In this document: positions 16,453 to 24,636 of the stretch, piece after piece | Layout of the letters: every line of letters starts with the position of its first letter | How positions within the stretch are numbered: position 1 is the first letter of the stretch | NCBI GenBank assembly: GCA_964354495.1 | Contig: CAYHAA010000001.1 | Span: 150,001 to 182,000, forward strand | DNA: 32,000 bases | Source: an uncultured archaeon | Lineage (GTDB): Archaea > Asgardarchaeota > Thorarchaeia > Thorarchaeales > Thorarchaeaceae | Reading direction: 5' to 3' | Position numbers and translations under genes: made by a program | The notes under the pieces: model-generated | What the model was told of the DNA's origin: nothing | The model's database searches: none | Seen by the model: the letters and a program-made list of their open reading frames with translations, nothing else

Positions 16453-17573
16453 CTGAGATGCTCCACTAATCTGTCAACCTCTTCATTCGTGTTGTAGAAA
16501 TGTGGTGACACCCGTAATCGACTGTTGCGTACAGAACAGTAAATCTTCTCTTTCATGAGTTTCTCGTTCAGTTTCTCAACATCTGGTGGCTTGCATGATA
16601 CGATCGCCGAATTGTTCTTTTCTCCGAAATCGTAGCGAGGGATATCAAGTTCTGACAGACGTTTTCGCAGATAGTCCGCGACCGCTAGGGCTGCCTTCTC
16701 CCGTTTCTGGTTTGATATCTGCAGAAGTGTCTTGAGTGACTCCGAGAAGCCCACATAAGCAATCATGGCCGGCGAACCGACTTGGAATTTCTGTGCATCA
16801 CTCAATGGTTTCCTATCAAAGTAGCTGTATTCATTGAGCTGTTCAACACCCCACCAACCTAGAAACCTAGGTTGAACTTCCTCAATGATCGAATTGGCCA
16901 AATAGACAAATCCGGCCCCTACAGGTCCTAGAAGCCATTTTGCTGCTTGCGCTGTTGCAAAATCAATATGCAGTTTCGACAGATTCGTTTCAATACATCC
17001 TGCCGCCTGAATAATATCCACGGACAAAAGTGCACAGTTGGCATGAGTGACCTTTGATAGCGCTCGTAAGTCGGTTCGAAATCCACTCCCGAACTGAACT
17101 TGACTGACAGCAACGACGCGTGTGTTCTCATCGATTGCCCCCGCGAAATCATCCATTGATGCCGCTCCATCAGTGGACTTCACTACTCTGAGTTCTGGAC
17201 CGTAGAGCTTGCTGATGTTCTGCCAAGGAATGTAGTTTGCAGGAAACTCCAGATCGCACAGAACAATGTTTGAATCAGCGGGATATTCTATGCTATGTCC
17301 GAATGAGTTGACGCCTGAACTGGTACTCGGTACAAAGGCATATTGGCAGTAGTCTCCGCCAAGTAGCTTGGCAAGGTTAACCCTTATTGATTTGAAGAGA
17401 TTCAGCGTGTCTTCGAAGTCGCCAATTGCTTCTACGCTATTGTCTAGATACTCCTTCATTGCATTGATAGTCACTGCGGGCGGAATGCCAGTGGATGCAT
17501 TATTGAGATAGGTCAGATGCTCGAGAGTAGGCCAAGTTTCGGAAATGAACTTGCGGTCGATGAGGTCTGTCAT
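16449..17573 (-). CDS. Class V PLP-dependent aminotransferase (cysteine desulfurase/selenocysteine lyase-like superfamily)
   Basis: YLNNASTG, VDIIQAAG, AAKWLLGPVGAG (PLP Lys), RVSPHFYNTNEEV. The track's 5' extension is the antisense of the next gene, so the start is set at ATG 17573 (alternative 17582), about 28 nt downstream of TTTAT. Confidence 0.88.
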   Translation of the reverse strand: MTDLIDRKFISETWPTLEHLTYLNNASTGIPPAVTINAMKEYLDNSVEAIGDFEDTLNLFKSIRVNLAKLLGGDYCQYAFVPSTSSGVNSFGHSIEYPADSNIVLCDLEFPANYIPWQNISKLYGPELRVVKSTDGAASMDDFAGAIDENTRVVAVSQVQFGSGFRTDLRALSKVTHANCALLSVDIIQAAGCIETNLSKLHIDFATAQAAKWLLGPVGAGFVYLANSIIEEVQPRFLGWWGVEQLNEYSYFDRKPLSDAQKFQVGSPAMIAYVGFSESLKTLLQISNQKREKAALAVADYLRKRLSELDIPRYDFGEKNNSAIVSCKPPDVEKLNEKLMKEKIYCSVRNSRLRVSPHFYNTNEEVDRLVEHLR

Positions 17574-17673
17574 GAAATGCATCAGGATTGCCGTTTCTTG
17601 ATAAAGCTCACTGCGGATGAAGTTCCCCGAAGGTTTAAGACTACCATCGCACTGATAAATCTCGGAGAGCAGA

Positions 17674-18540
17674 TTGCCGATATTCAGGAGGTTTGGAAGG
17701 CGTTCTAAGACGCCAAAGGAAGAAGATACATCCTCTAAGGTTGAACTAGGCTCGGCGACTCTAGGCGGAAGCACCCCTGATAGACCTCCCGAAAAACCAA
17801 CCACGATGGCAACTCCTCGCACTAAGGTTTTTGAAGAACGAATGCCTGCAGCAGTATCCATGGGGCGACTCATCGCATCATCAGAGGAGATAGCAGTTGA
17901 TGCAGAGAAGACAGTAGATTATGCAAAGAGGGCTCGAATTCACCCTCAGACAGCTGCCGAGATTGTTCCCGGAAAGGTCTTGAAACGCGACGAGGAAGGT
18001 CGCATTCATATCAAGATTGTGTTCTATGGCCCCTCTCTCTCTGGCAAGACCACGGCTCTTAGATGGCTCTTTGCTAATGTACGGTCTCTTGCAAAGGGGA
18101 AGATTGTTGAGATATCTGACGAACTAGGTAGAACGACGTTCTTTGACTTTATTCCTGTGTCTGCGAGCGATAGAATGATTTTTGACGTCTTCACAGTTGC
18201 GGGTCAACGTCGTCATGCTGCCAGTCGCATCAAGGTGTTGAGGGATTGCGATGGACTTATTTTCATGGCTGACTCGACCCCCGAACAGATGAACGAGAAC
18301 CTTGCATCAATTCAGGAATTACGGATTGCTCTCGGGACTGACCGAATGGCAATGTTACCTATCGTAGTGTCACTGAACAAGAGAGACCTCCCGAATGCTC
18401 TCCCAGTTGACTACATGGTACAGATGCTGGATCTAGAAGGATATCCTGTATTTGCCACAATAGCTACTGAGGGAAAGAATCTACTTAGAATGTTCCAGCG
18501 AGTCCTGCGTGATGCTCTAATTTTCAAAGTGGGTATTTAA
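17674..18540 (+). CDS. MglA-like small GTPase with ~100 aa N-terminal extension
   Basis: KIVFYGPSLSGKTT, GRTTFFDF, FTVAGQ, NKRDL match the MglA signature. Start uncertain (TTG 17674 or ATG 17806). Confidence 0.88.
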   Translation: MPIFRRFGRRSKTPKEEDTSSKVELGSATLGGSTPDRPPEKPTTMATPRTKVFEERMPAAVSMGRLIASSEEIAVDAEKTVDYAKRARIHPQTAAEIVPGKVLKRDEEGRIHIKIVFYGPSLSGKTTALRWLFANVRSLAKGKIVEISDELGRTTFFDFIPVSASDRMIFDVFTVAGQRRHAASRIKVLRDCDGLIFMADSTPEQMNENLASIQELRIALGTDRMAMLPIVVSLNKRDLPNALPVDYMVQMLDLEGYPVFATIATEGKNLLRMFQRVLRDALIFKVGI

Positions 18541-19275
18541 TCAATCCCTGGTGATTGGGAGTTCTCCCTTCTCAAGTTGTTGAATGAGTTTGACCAGCTC
18601 TTCTTCAGCTTGCTCCATGATGACCTTACCCTTCTCAGGCGTGGCCTTCCTCGGGTTTCCGTACATCGCTGACGGAAGCAGTTCTTCTCTAGACACCCCG
18701 GAGATGATAGTGAACTTCGTCACAACTCGATGGGATTCTGCCTTTGAAATATCGACGAGGTCTGGCCGCACATGCATGACTTCCGATGTTTCATCTTCTC
18801 CAGCATGTCCCATCGGAGTCTCTGTGACAAGTTTCCGGGCTGCCTCAGCAAGATCCTTATACCAATTGACAATGACAACGACTCTCTGTCCTGTTTCAGT
18901 GGCGTTCTTGGCAGCTATTGTCAACTCTGGAATGTTTCCGCCGTGCCCATTCAAGACGATAAGATACTTGAAACCATGTTTGAAAACTCCAGTCATAACT
19001 GAGGAATAGAAACCTATCAGTGCATCCGGGTCAATCGATATTGTTCCTTCAAAATTGATGAAATTCCAGCTGTCGCCAAATGGAATCGAAGGAAGGACGA
19101 GTGCCCTTGTCTTTGATGCTATTCGCCCCGCTAGATAGGTTGGGAGAATAGTGTCTGTTGAAAGTGGAAGATGCATACCGTGGGCTTCAAGGGCTCCGGT
19201 TACCATTACGGCAACCTCTGTCCTGGATGAAACCCCAGGGAAATTAGTATGTGATAATTCCGACCAGATTGGCAT
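18541..19275 (-). CDS. Creatininase/creatinine amidohydrolase family protein
   Basis: GALEAHGMHLPLSTD, LNGHGGN, HAGEDETS, GNPRKATPEKG. Confidence 0.92.
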   Translation of the reverse strand: MPIWSELSHTNFPGVSSRTEVAVMVTGALEAHGMHLPLSTDTILPTYLAGRIASKTRALVLPSIPFGDSWNFINFEGTISIDPDALIGFYSSVMTGVFKHGFKYLIVLNGHGGNIPELTIAAKNATETGQRVVVIVNWYKDLAEAARKLVTETPMGHAGEDETSEVMHVRPDLVDISKAESHRVVTKFTIISGVSREELLPSAMYGNPRKATPEKGKVIMEQAEEELVKLIQQLEKGELPITRD

Positions 19276-19411
19276 AGGTTTGTCGTTCGAACGTGTTCTT
19301 GCAATCTAATAAATGAGGCGAAATGCCTCTGTCCAGCCGCTCACTAGTCAACTACCGAAAAGATGAAAAACCGAGAGTGTAGGTTTCCATTGCAGCTAAT
19401 GCTGCTTACAT

Positions 19412-19487
19412 AGCCCCGTGGTGTAGTGGTCAAGCATAGGCGGCCCTGGCCCGTCTGACCTAGGTTCGAATCCTGGCGGGGCTACCA
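19412..19487 (+). tRNA. tRNA-Gln(CUG), CCA encoded, no intron
   Basis: Acceptor AGCCCCG/CGGGGCT with the A1-U72 pair typical of archaeal Gln, D arm, anticodon stem GGCGG/CCGTC with loop CCCTGGC, T arm CTAGG-TTCGAAT-CCTGG, then ACCA. Confidence 0.93.
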
Positions 19488-19947
19488 TCTTCCACGGACT
19501 AGTTCCTGTTTTCAAAGCAAATCCCTTCCGCGCGGCTGAAAGAACGATCACAGTCATCGTTATCGCGGCAGTAATGAAAGAGCCATTGCATCATTCCCGA
19601 CCAGCTCCACCACACGGTTTCTTCTGTGATTCTCTCTGCAAATGCTAGGAAATAACTCAAAACACCCAGTTTTCCAATGGTTGTAAAGGTGAGCTTCAAA
19701 AATCGGACAGCTGCGCGTTATTGTGTCAAAACTGGAGGTTTAGGCTAGGAACAGTACATTTATAGGGAAACTACGTATTTTAATGGCTGGAGAACGGTTC
19801 GTCGATAAAGCTCATTCTTGAGTTACCTGTTCCAATCTGACCCCTCCCGGCGGATGAATACGGGGGCGAATCCTCTCCATTTTCTGTTTTTGTGATGACA
19901 ATCTTCTTATCCGAGGCGAGCAAATCAAATGGCGGAGTCTGTCTTCA

Positions 19948-20727
19948 ATGGAGCACATCGAACTTGGCTGGAATGACTTTTGGGCTGAAATCTTCAGAGT
20001 CAAGCATCGAAGAGCTATTCAGGGTATTCAGGACTACGACCGTCTGGTGGTCGACTTCTGTATAGGCGTCATGGGCCTCAAAAAAGACAATGACGTTCTA
20101 GATATCGCTTGCGGCTCTGGAGATCAGTCTATCGAGTTCGCCAAAAAAGGATTCAAGGTGACAGCCTTCGATATCTCTGAGACCCTGATTCGTGTGGCAA
20201 AAGAGGGTGCCAAGAGCGAGAATGTTTCTATCGACTTCTCGGTTGGTGACATGCGCGCCATGTCCTTCACTCAGCAGTTCAATGCTGCTGTGCTCCTCAG
20301 TCACAGTTTTGGATTCTTCAACCACGAGGTGAATAGACGGATTCTCGGGGATGCCTTTGCCGCGCTGAAGAAGGGAGGAAAGCTTCTGCTGGACCTAATG
20401 AATCCGTATAACCTGCCACGATTTCATAAGACTTGGACAGAGCTTGAGGGCGGATATCTTCTGAGCGAGCCTCACATGCTTGATGCTCCAGCAGGAGTTC
20501 TTAGGGGACGTCCTGCTCTCTTTGTCGATACAGAACACGACCGAGTTGTCTTGATGGATTCAGATGCTCTGTCTAACAACGATATCCGGATGTATACCGC
20601 TCTTGAGATTCATGCCATGCTTAATGAAGTAGGATTCAAGAAGATTGAATTCTACGGACAGAACACTCTCCCGAGGATGCCGTATTCGGCTGGATCTGAG
20701 AGAATGGTTGTCGTCGCGACAAAATGA
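19948..20727 (+). CDS. Class I SAM-dependent methyltransferase
   Basis: VLDIACGSG, VTAFDIS, GDMRAM, LKKGGKLLLDLMN. Confidence 0.92.
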   Translation: MEHIELGWNDFWAEIFRVKHRRAIQGIQDYDRLVVDFCIGVMGLKKDNDVLDIACGSGDQSIEFAKKGFKVTAFDISETLIRVAKEGAKSENVSIDFSVGDMRAMSFTQQFNAAVLLSHSFGFFNHEVNRRILGDAFAALKKGGKLLLDLMNPYNLPRFHKTWTELEGGYLLSEPHMLDAPAGVLRGRPALFVDTEHDRVVLMDSDALSNNDIRMYTALEIHAMLNEVGFKKIEFYGQNTLPRMPYSAGSERMVVVATK

Positions 20728-20823
20728 AAGCACGCAGAATGCCTGCTATCTACTTCCTTCTTCGAGAGAATACAGCGTAGAAAACCATCTTTCGGAGGAT
20801 AATTCGCTTCCCTGACATAATCC

Positions 20824-20845
20824 TTTTAAGACTCCAAAAAGGAGT
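20824..20845 (+). promoter_or_regulatory. TATA box and adjacent inverted repeat upstream of the EF-2 paralog
   Basis: TTTTAAG (20824-30) immediately followed by ACTCC-AAAAA-GGAGT (20831-45). Confidence 0.45.
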
Positions 20846-20973
20846 TCGCCTAAGCCACCGGTATGAGTATTATCGGTGCCCCGACGAGTTCTCTCGCGAC
20901 ATATTCATGAGTTCGGGATAGGTTATGTGCCTGCGATAGCGCGGGAGAAAAAAACTAGGATTGGTGTAACATC

Positions 20974-23187
20974 ATGGTAAAGATCAAGGAGCCAGATGCG
21001 ATAAGGAATCTGATACTCTCAGATGACTATGCGCATAAGAGAATCATTTCAATCAGCGCGCACATTGACCATGGTAAGACTACTACGACAGACTATCTGT
21101 TGCGCCGTGCTGGTCTCATGAGTGATGCTGCAACAGGAAAGGCGCTCATGACAGATAGCGATGAGGAAGAGAAGGAGAGAGGCATCACTATCTTCACTTC
21201 AGTGGTCATGTTGCACTTCGCGCTCGAAGGCGAGGAGTACCTTGTCCAACTCTCAGACACTCCCGGACACTTATCATTCACGGGTGAGGTTTCCCGTGCC
21301 CTCAGGGCTAGTGACGGGGCGGTCATTCTTGTAGACGCTCTCGAGGGTGTCATGACGCAGACCGAAACGAACATTCGGCTTGCAGTTGGCTCCGAGGCAT
21401 GCAAACCAGTGCTGTTCGTCAACAAGGTAGACCGTCTCATCAACGAGCTGAAGCTCCCTCCTGCCAAGGTCTATGAGAGAATAGACATAATCATCTCAAA
21501 GGTCAATCAGCTGATCAAGAAGGTAGCTCCCAAGGAATATGCCCTAGATTGGAGAGTCAGTTTTCAAGAGGGAAGTGTAGCCATCGGTAGCGCGAAGACC
21601 GGGTGGGCTTTTACAATGAAGACTCTGGAGAAGAAGGGCATTAAGCCGCTTATCGTCTTTGAGAAGTACAGCAAAGGCGATGATAAATGGCTGAGAGATA
21701 ATCTTCCTTTGGATGAAGCTCTTCTCGAGATGATAGTGAAACACCTTCCAAATCCAAAAGAGGCACAGAAATACAAGATCCCTCGCATATGGTCTGGCGA
21801 TTTGAATAGCCCGGCAGGACAGGCTCTTCTGAACTGCGACCGCAATGGACCGCTCATCGGATCTATCAACAAGATATTCATTGATCCAAAGAGCAAGAGA
21901 CCGACCCTAATAGGTCGTGTATTCTCTGGAACAATCAAGTCAGGACAGGAGATACGTCTTGTCAATATGAAACAGAATGCAAAAGTCAAGCGCCTAGGAG
22001 TTCAGGAGATCACCGATATTCTTGATATGGATGAGGTTCCTGCTGGTAATCTCTTCTCTGTGTTCGGCTTCATATGCCCAAGTGGTGAGTCGTTCGTAGA
22101 TCCCGGTTCAGACACGAAGGGCTTCGAAGCCATCGAGTACGTGAGCGAGCCGGTCGTCAGCAGAAGCATCAAGCCAATTGATCCTCAAGATGTTGCTACG
22201 CTTGGCGAAGTAGTGTCAAAGTGGATTATGGCAGATCCAACAGCGAGGTTCACTCATGACAAGGAGTCAATGGAGTATCGTCTTGATGGTATCGACCCAC
22301 TTCAGATTGAGATACTCACCGAGAGAATCAATGAGCAGGTTCCCATCAGAGTATCGGAACCCATCATTGTGTACCGCGAGAAGATGACCGAGCGCGGAGA
22401 AGAATTCCACACCAAGTCACCGAACGGGCATAACAAGATTCGTATGTTCCTTGAGCCCCTTGATGAGAAGACAGTCGACCTAATTCGTAGGAAGAAGGTC
22501 ACTGCTGAGATGAACGATAGAGAGCGAGCTCAGATCCTCCGTGATGAGGCTGGCTGGGACGCGAAGGAAGCGCGAAAGATTCTCGATATATATGAGTCAT
22601 CTATGCTAGTTGATGGAATGAGTGGAGTACAGCGATTCGACCGTATCTATTCCTACCTCGAGACTGTTTTCCGTGAGTTCATTGATGCTGGTCCTCTAGC
22701 ACACGAACCCGTGATGGGCGTTAAAGTCACACTGACTGATGCTACCGTGCACAACGACCCAGCACACACCGGGTACAACGAGGTGGCCACCATGGTAAGC
22801 GCAGCTCTTAACATGGGGTTCCTCACAGGAAGACCCGGGCTGTTCGAGCCTGTTCTTAATACTGACATCAAGACCCCAACTGCCACACAGGGTCAAGTGA
22901 TTAAGGTCCTCACAGGTCACCGGGGTCAAATCCTCACGATTGAGGGTGAAGAGGATACAGTCACCGTGAAGGGGAGTCTGCCCACTGCAGAGACCATCGG
23001 TATTGCTGATGAATTCAGAAGCGCAACCGCGGGTCGGTGCTTCTTTGGCTATCAGTTCCGTGGTTTTGATCCTCTACCCAGTACTCTACAGGCAGAGATC
23101 ATTCTGGAGATTCGGAGGAGAAAGAAGATGGCCGAAGAGATGCCCAATTTGGCTTCCTGGAGCAGATGGGTCTACAAGCGGACATAG
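20974..23187 (+). CDS. Elongation factor 2 paralog (aEF-2p type)
   Basis: AHIDHGKTT, RGITI, DTPGH and NKVD motifs and EF-2 length (737 aa), but with a divergent N-terminus and HNDPAHTG (His 22765-67) in place of the canonical H-R-G diphthamide loop. Confidence 0.88.
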   Translation: MVKIKEPDAIRNLILSDDYAHKRIISISAHIDHGKTTTTDYLLRRAGLMSDAATGKALMTDSDEEEKERGITIFTSVVMLHFALEGEEYLVQLSDTPGHLSFTGEVSRALRASDGAVILVDALEGVMTQTETNIRLAVGSEACKPVLFVNKVDRLINELKLPPAKVYERIDIIISKVNQLIKKVAPKEYALDWRVSFQEGSVAIGSAKTGWAFTMKTLEKKGIKPLIVFEKYSKGDDKWLRDNLPLDEALLEMIVKHLPNPKEAQKYKIPRIWSGDLNSPAGQALLNCDRNGPLIGSINKIFIDPKSKRPTLIGRVFSGTIKSGQEIRLVNMKQNAKVKRLGVQEITDILDMDEVPAGNLFSVFGFICPSGESFVDPGSDTKGFEAIEYVSEPVVSRSIKPIDPQDVATLGEVVSKWIMADPTARFTHDKESMEYRLDGIDPLQIEILTERINEQVPIRVSEPIIVYREKMTERGEEFHTKSPNGHNKIRMFLEPLDEKTVDLIRRKKVTAEMNDRERAQILRDEAGWDAKEARKILDIYESSMLVDGMSGVQRFDRIYSYLETVFREFIDAGPLAHEPVMGVKVTLTDATVHNDPAHTGYNEVATMVSAALNMGFLTGRPGLFEPVLNTDIKTPTATQGQVIKVLTGHRGQILTIEGEEDTVTVKGSLPTAETIGIADEFRSATAGRCFFGYQFRGFDPLPSTLQAEIILEIRRRKKMAEEMPNLASWSRWVYKRT

Positions 23188-23204
23188 GCTCAATCGATTA
23201 CTGT

Positions 23205-23230
23205 AGGGGATGTTCTCCCGAACATCTCCT
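23205..23230 (+). terminator. 11-bp stem-loop after the EF-2 paralog (terminator or processing site)
   Basis: AGGGGATGTTC-TCCC-GAACATCTCCT with one G-U pair on +, 18 nt after the stop. Confidence 0.45.
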
Positions 23231-23300
23231 GACATCTCCATTTGTCTGGTTCAGTGGATAGGCTTTTGACCAACCAGTATTTCTTGTTGTCCGATTGATT

Positions 23301-24632
23301 ATGACGATAACTCCGGTTGATGTCCTTGCCAAACTTGTGGCTTTTGATACAAGAAATGACGATCCTTCTCAGAAACCTGGTAAAGAATGCCCGGAGTATA
23401 TCAACAGGCTTCTTACTGATGCTGGTTGTCATACTGAATTATTGGAATCTGAGGGGTATTACACAGCCTTTGGCAGGAGAGGCCATGGCGCCTTCAAGAT
23501 TCTTTTCCTCGCCCACTTTGATGTAGTACCCTTTGGAAGCGGCTGGAACAGCGATCCCTTATCACTGAAGATTGATGGCGATGTGGCATATGGTCGAGGG
23601 GCCTGCGATGACAAGGGAAATATCGTTTCACTTCTTGTCCTTGCTGAACATCTTATGCAATCTGACCTTCCATGTACTGTCATGTTTGCCATGACTGGCG
23701 ACGAGGAGATAGGCGGTCGGAATGGAGCTGGAATGCTCAGGGATTGGCTAGTCAAGCACGGACTGTTTCCTGATTACGTTGTGGTCGCAGACGGTATCCA
23801 CCAGCGAATCATACACAGACGCCGCAATATTCTTCCTACGTACGTGAAGGTGAAGGCAAGTGAAGCGAAGGTGAGGGGCACGCCCGAAACCGTTCGCATC
23901 ACGACCGAAACGTACGGTTCAAGCACTCGTCATAGTGCGTATCTCAGACCCGGTGTAGATCGGCATGCAATGCTCACGGCCTCAAAGTATCTGGACATGC
24001 ATCCTGAAACTGTGGTTTCCGACGTGAGAGGTGCGTTCTTGAAGTCGAATGTTGTACCTGACTGGGTAGAGCTGGATGTTATTCATCCAGATTCTTCTGG
24101 AGTTGAATCCACCTACGACCTTGCACTGACCAAGCTCTTACGGGTCCTTCTGGCTATCTCACAGGCAGCCTTTCCTACAAGACACTCCGACAAGGGGAAG
24201 ATCATCAGTCCCAATCTCCTGTCGAAAGAAAGCAACATCTGGACTCTGTACTGTGATGTGCGAGCGATGACAAATAACAGTGATGAAGTAGAACAATCAA
24301 TTCGAGAGGCTGTGAAAGGCAAATTGGAACTGCTTTCGTTGAAAGTGCTAGCTGGAGCTGGCTATGTTGATGTTGACCCTGGCTCACGACTGATTCGGGC
24401 AATGGAAAGGGCTCTCAAGAAAGAGGGTGTCTTCTACAGCATTATCGAAGGATTTGGAGGTTCTGATTCACGGTACTTTGCGGGACAAGGTGCAGACCTT
24501 TTCGATTTTGGCCCTGAAGGCGACAATCTGCATGGTGCCAATGAATGGGTATCACTGCCATCTCTTAGAGAGAATGCCAGAGTATTCCACGCGATGATGG
24601 AAGTCTTGGCAGGAGAGAAGAACTCCGAGTAG
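23301..24632 (+). CDS. M20/M25/M40 metallopeptidase (ArgE/DapE-like)
   Basis: LAHFDVVP, GRGACDDKG, GDEEIGG, GGSDSRYF, LHGANE. Start set at ATG 23301. Confidence 0.92.
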   Translation: MTITPVDVLAKLVAFDTRNDDPSQKPGKECPEYINRLLTDAGCHTELLESEGYYTAFGRRGHGAFKILFLAHFDVVPFGSGWNSDPLSLKIDGDVAYGRGACDDKGNIVSLLVLAEHLMQSDLPCTVMFAMTGDEEIGGRNGAGMLRDWLVKHGLFPDYVVVADGIHQRIIHRRRNILPTYVKVKASEAKVRGTPETVRITTETYGSSTRHSAYLRPGVDRHAMLTASKYLDMHPETVVSDVRGAFLKSNVVPDWVELDVIHPDSSGVESTYDLALTKLLRVLLAISQAAFPTRHSDKGKIISPNLLSKESNIWTLYCDVRAMTNNSDEVEQSIREAVKGKLELLSLKVLAGAGYVDVDPGSRLIRAMERALKKEGVFYSIIEGFGGSDSRYFAGQGADLFDFGPEGDNLHGANEWVSLPSLRENARVFHAMMEVLAGEKNSE

Positions 24633-24636
24633 GTAT

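Noticed and set aside
17574-17873. 100-aa N-terminal extension of the class V aminotransferase shown in the track
   Set aside because: Antisense of the MglA-like gene and the divergent promoter region; family similarity begins near 17573.
19499-19699. 66-aa minus-strand ORF with three Cys downstream of the tRNA; also considered as an integration scar
   Set aside because: No recognisable domain, no duplicated tRNA 3' end (att site) and no integrase in the window.
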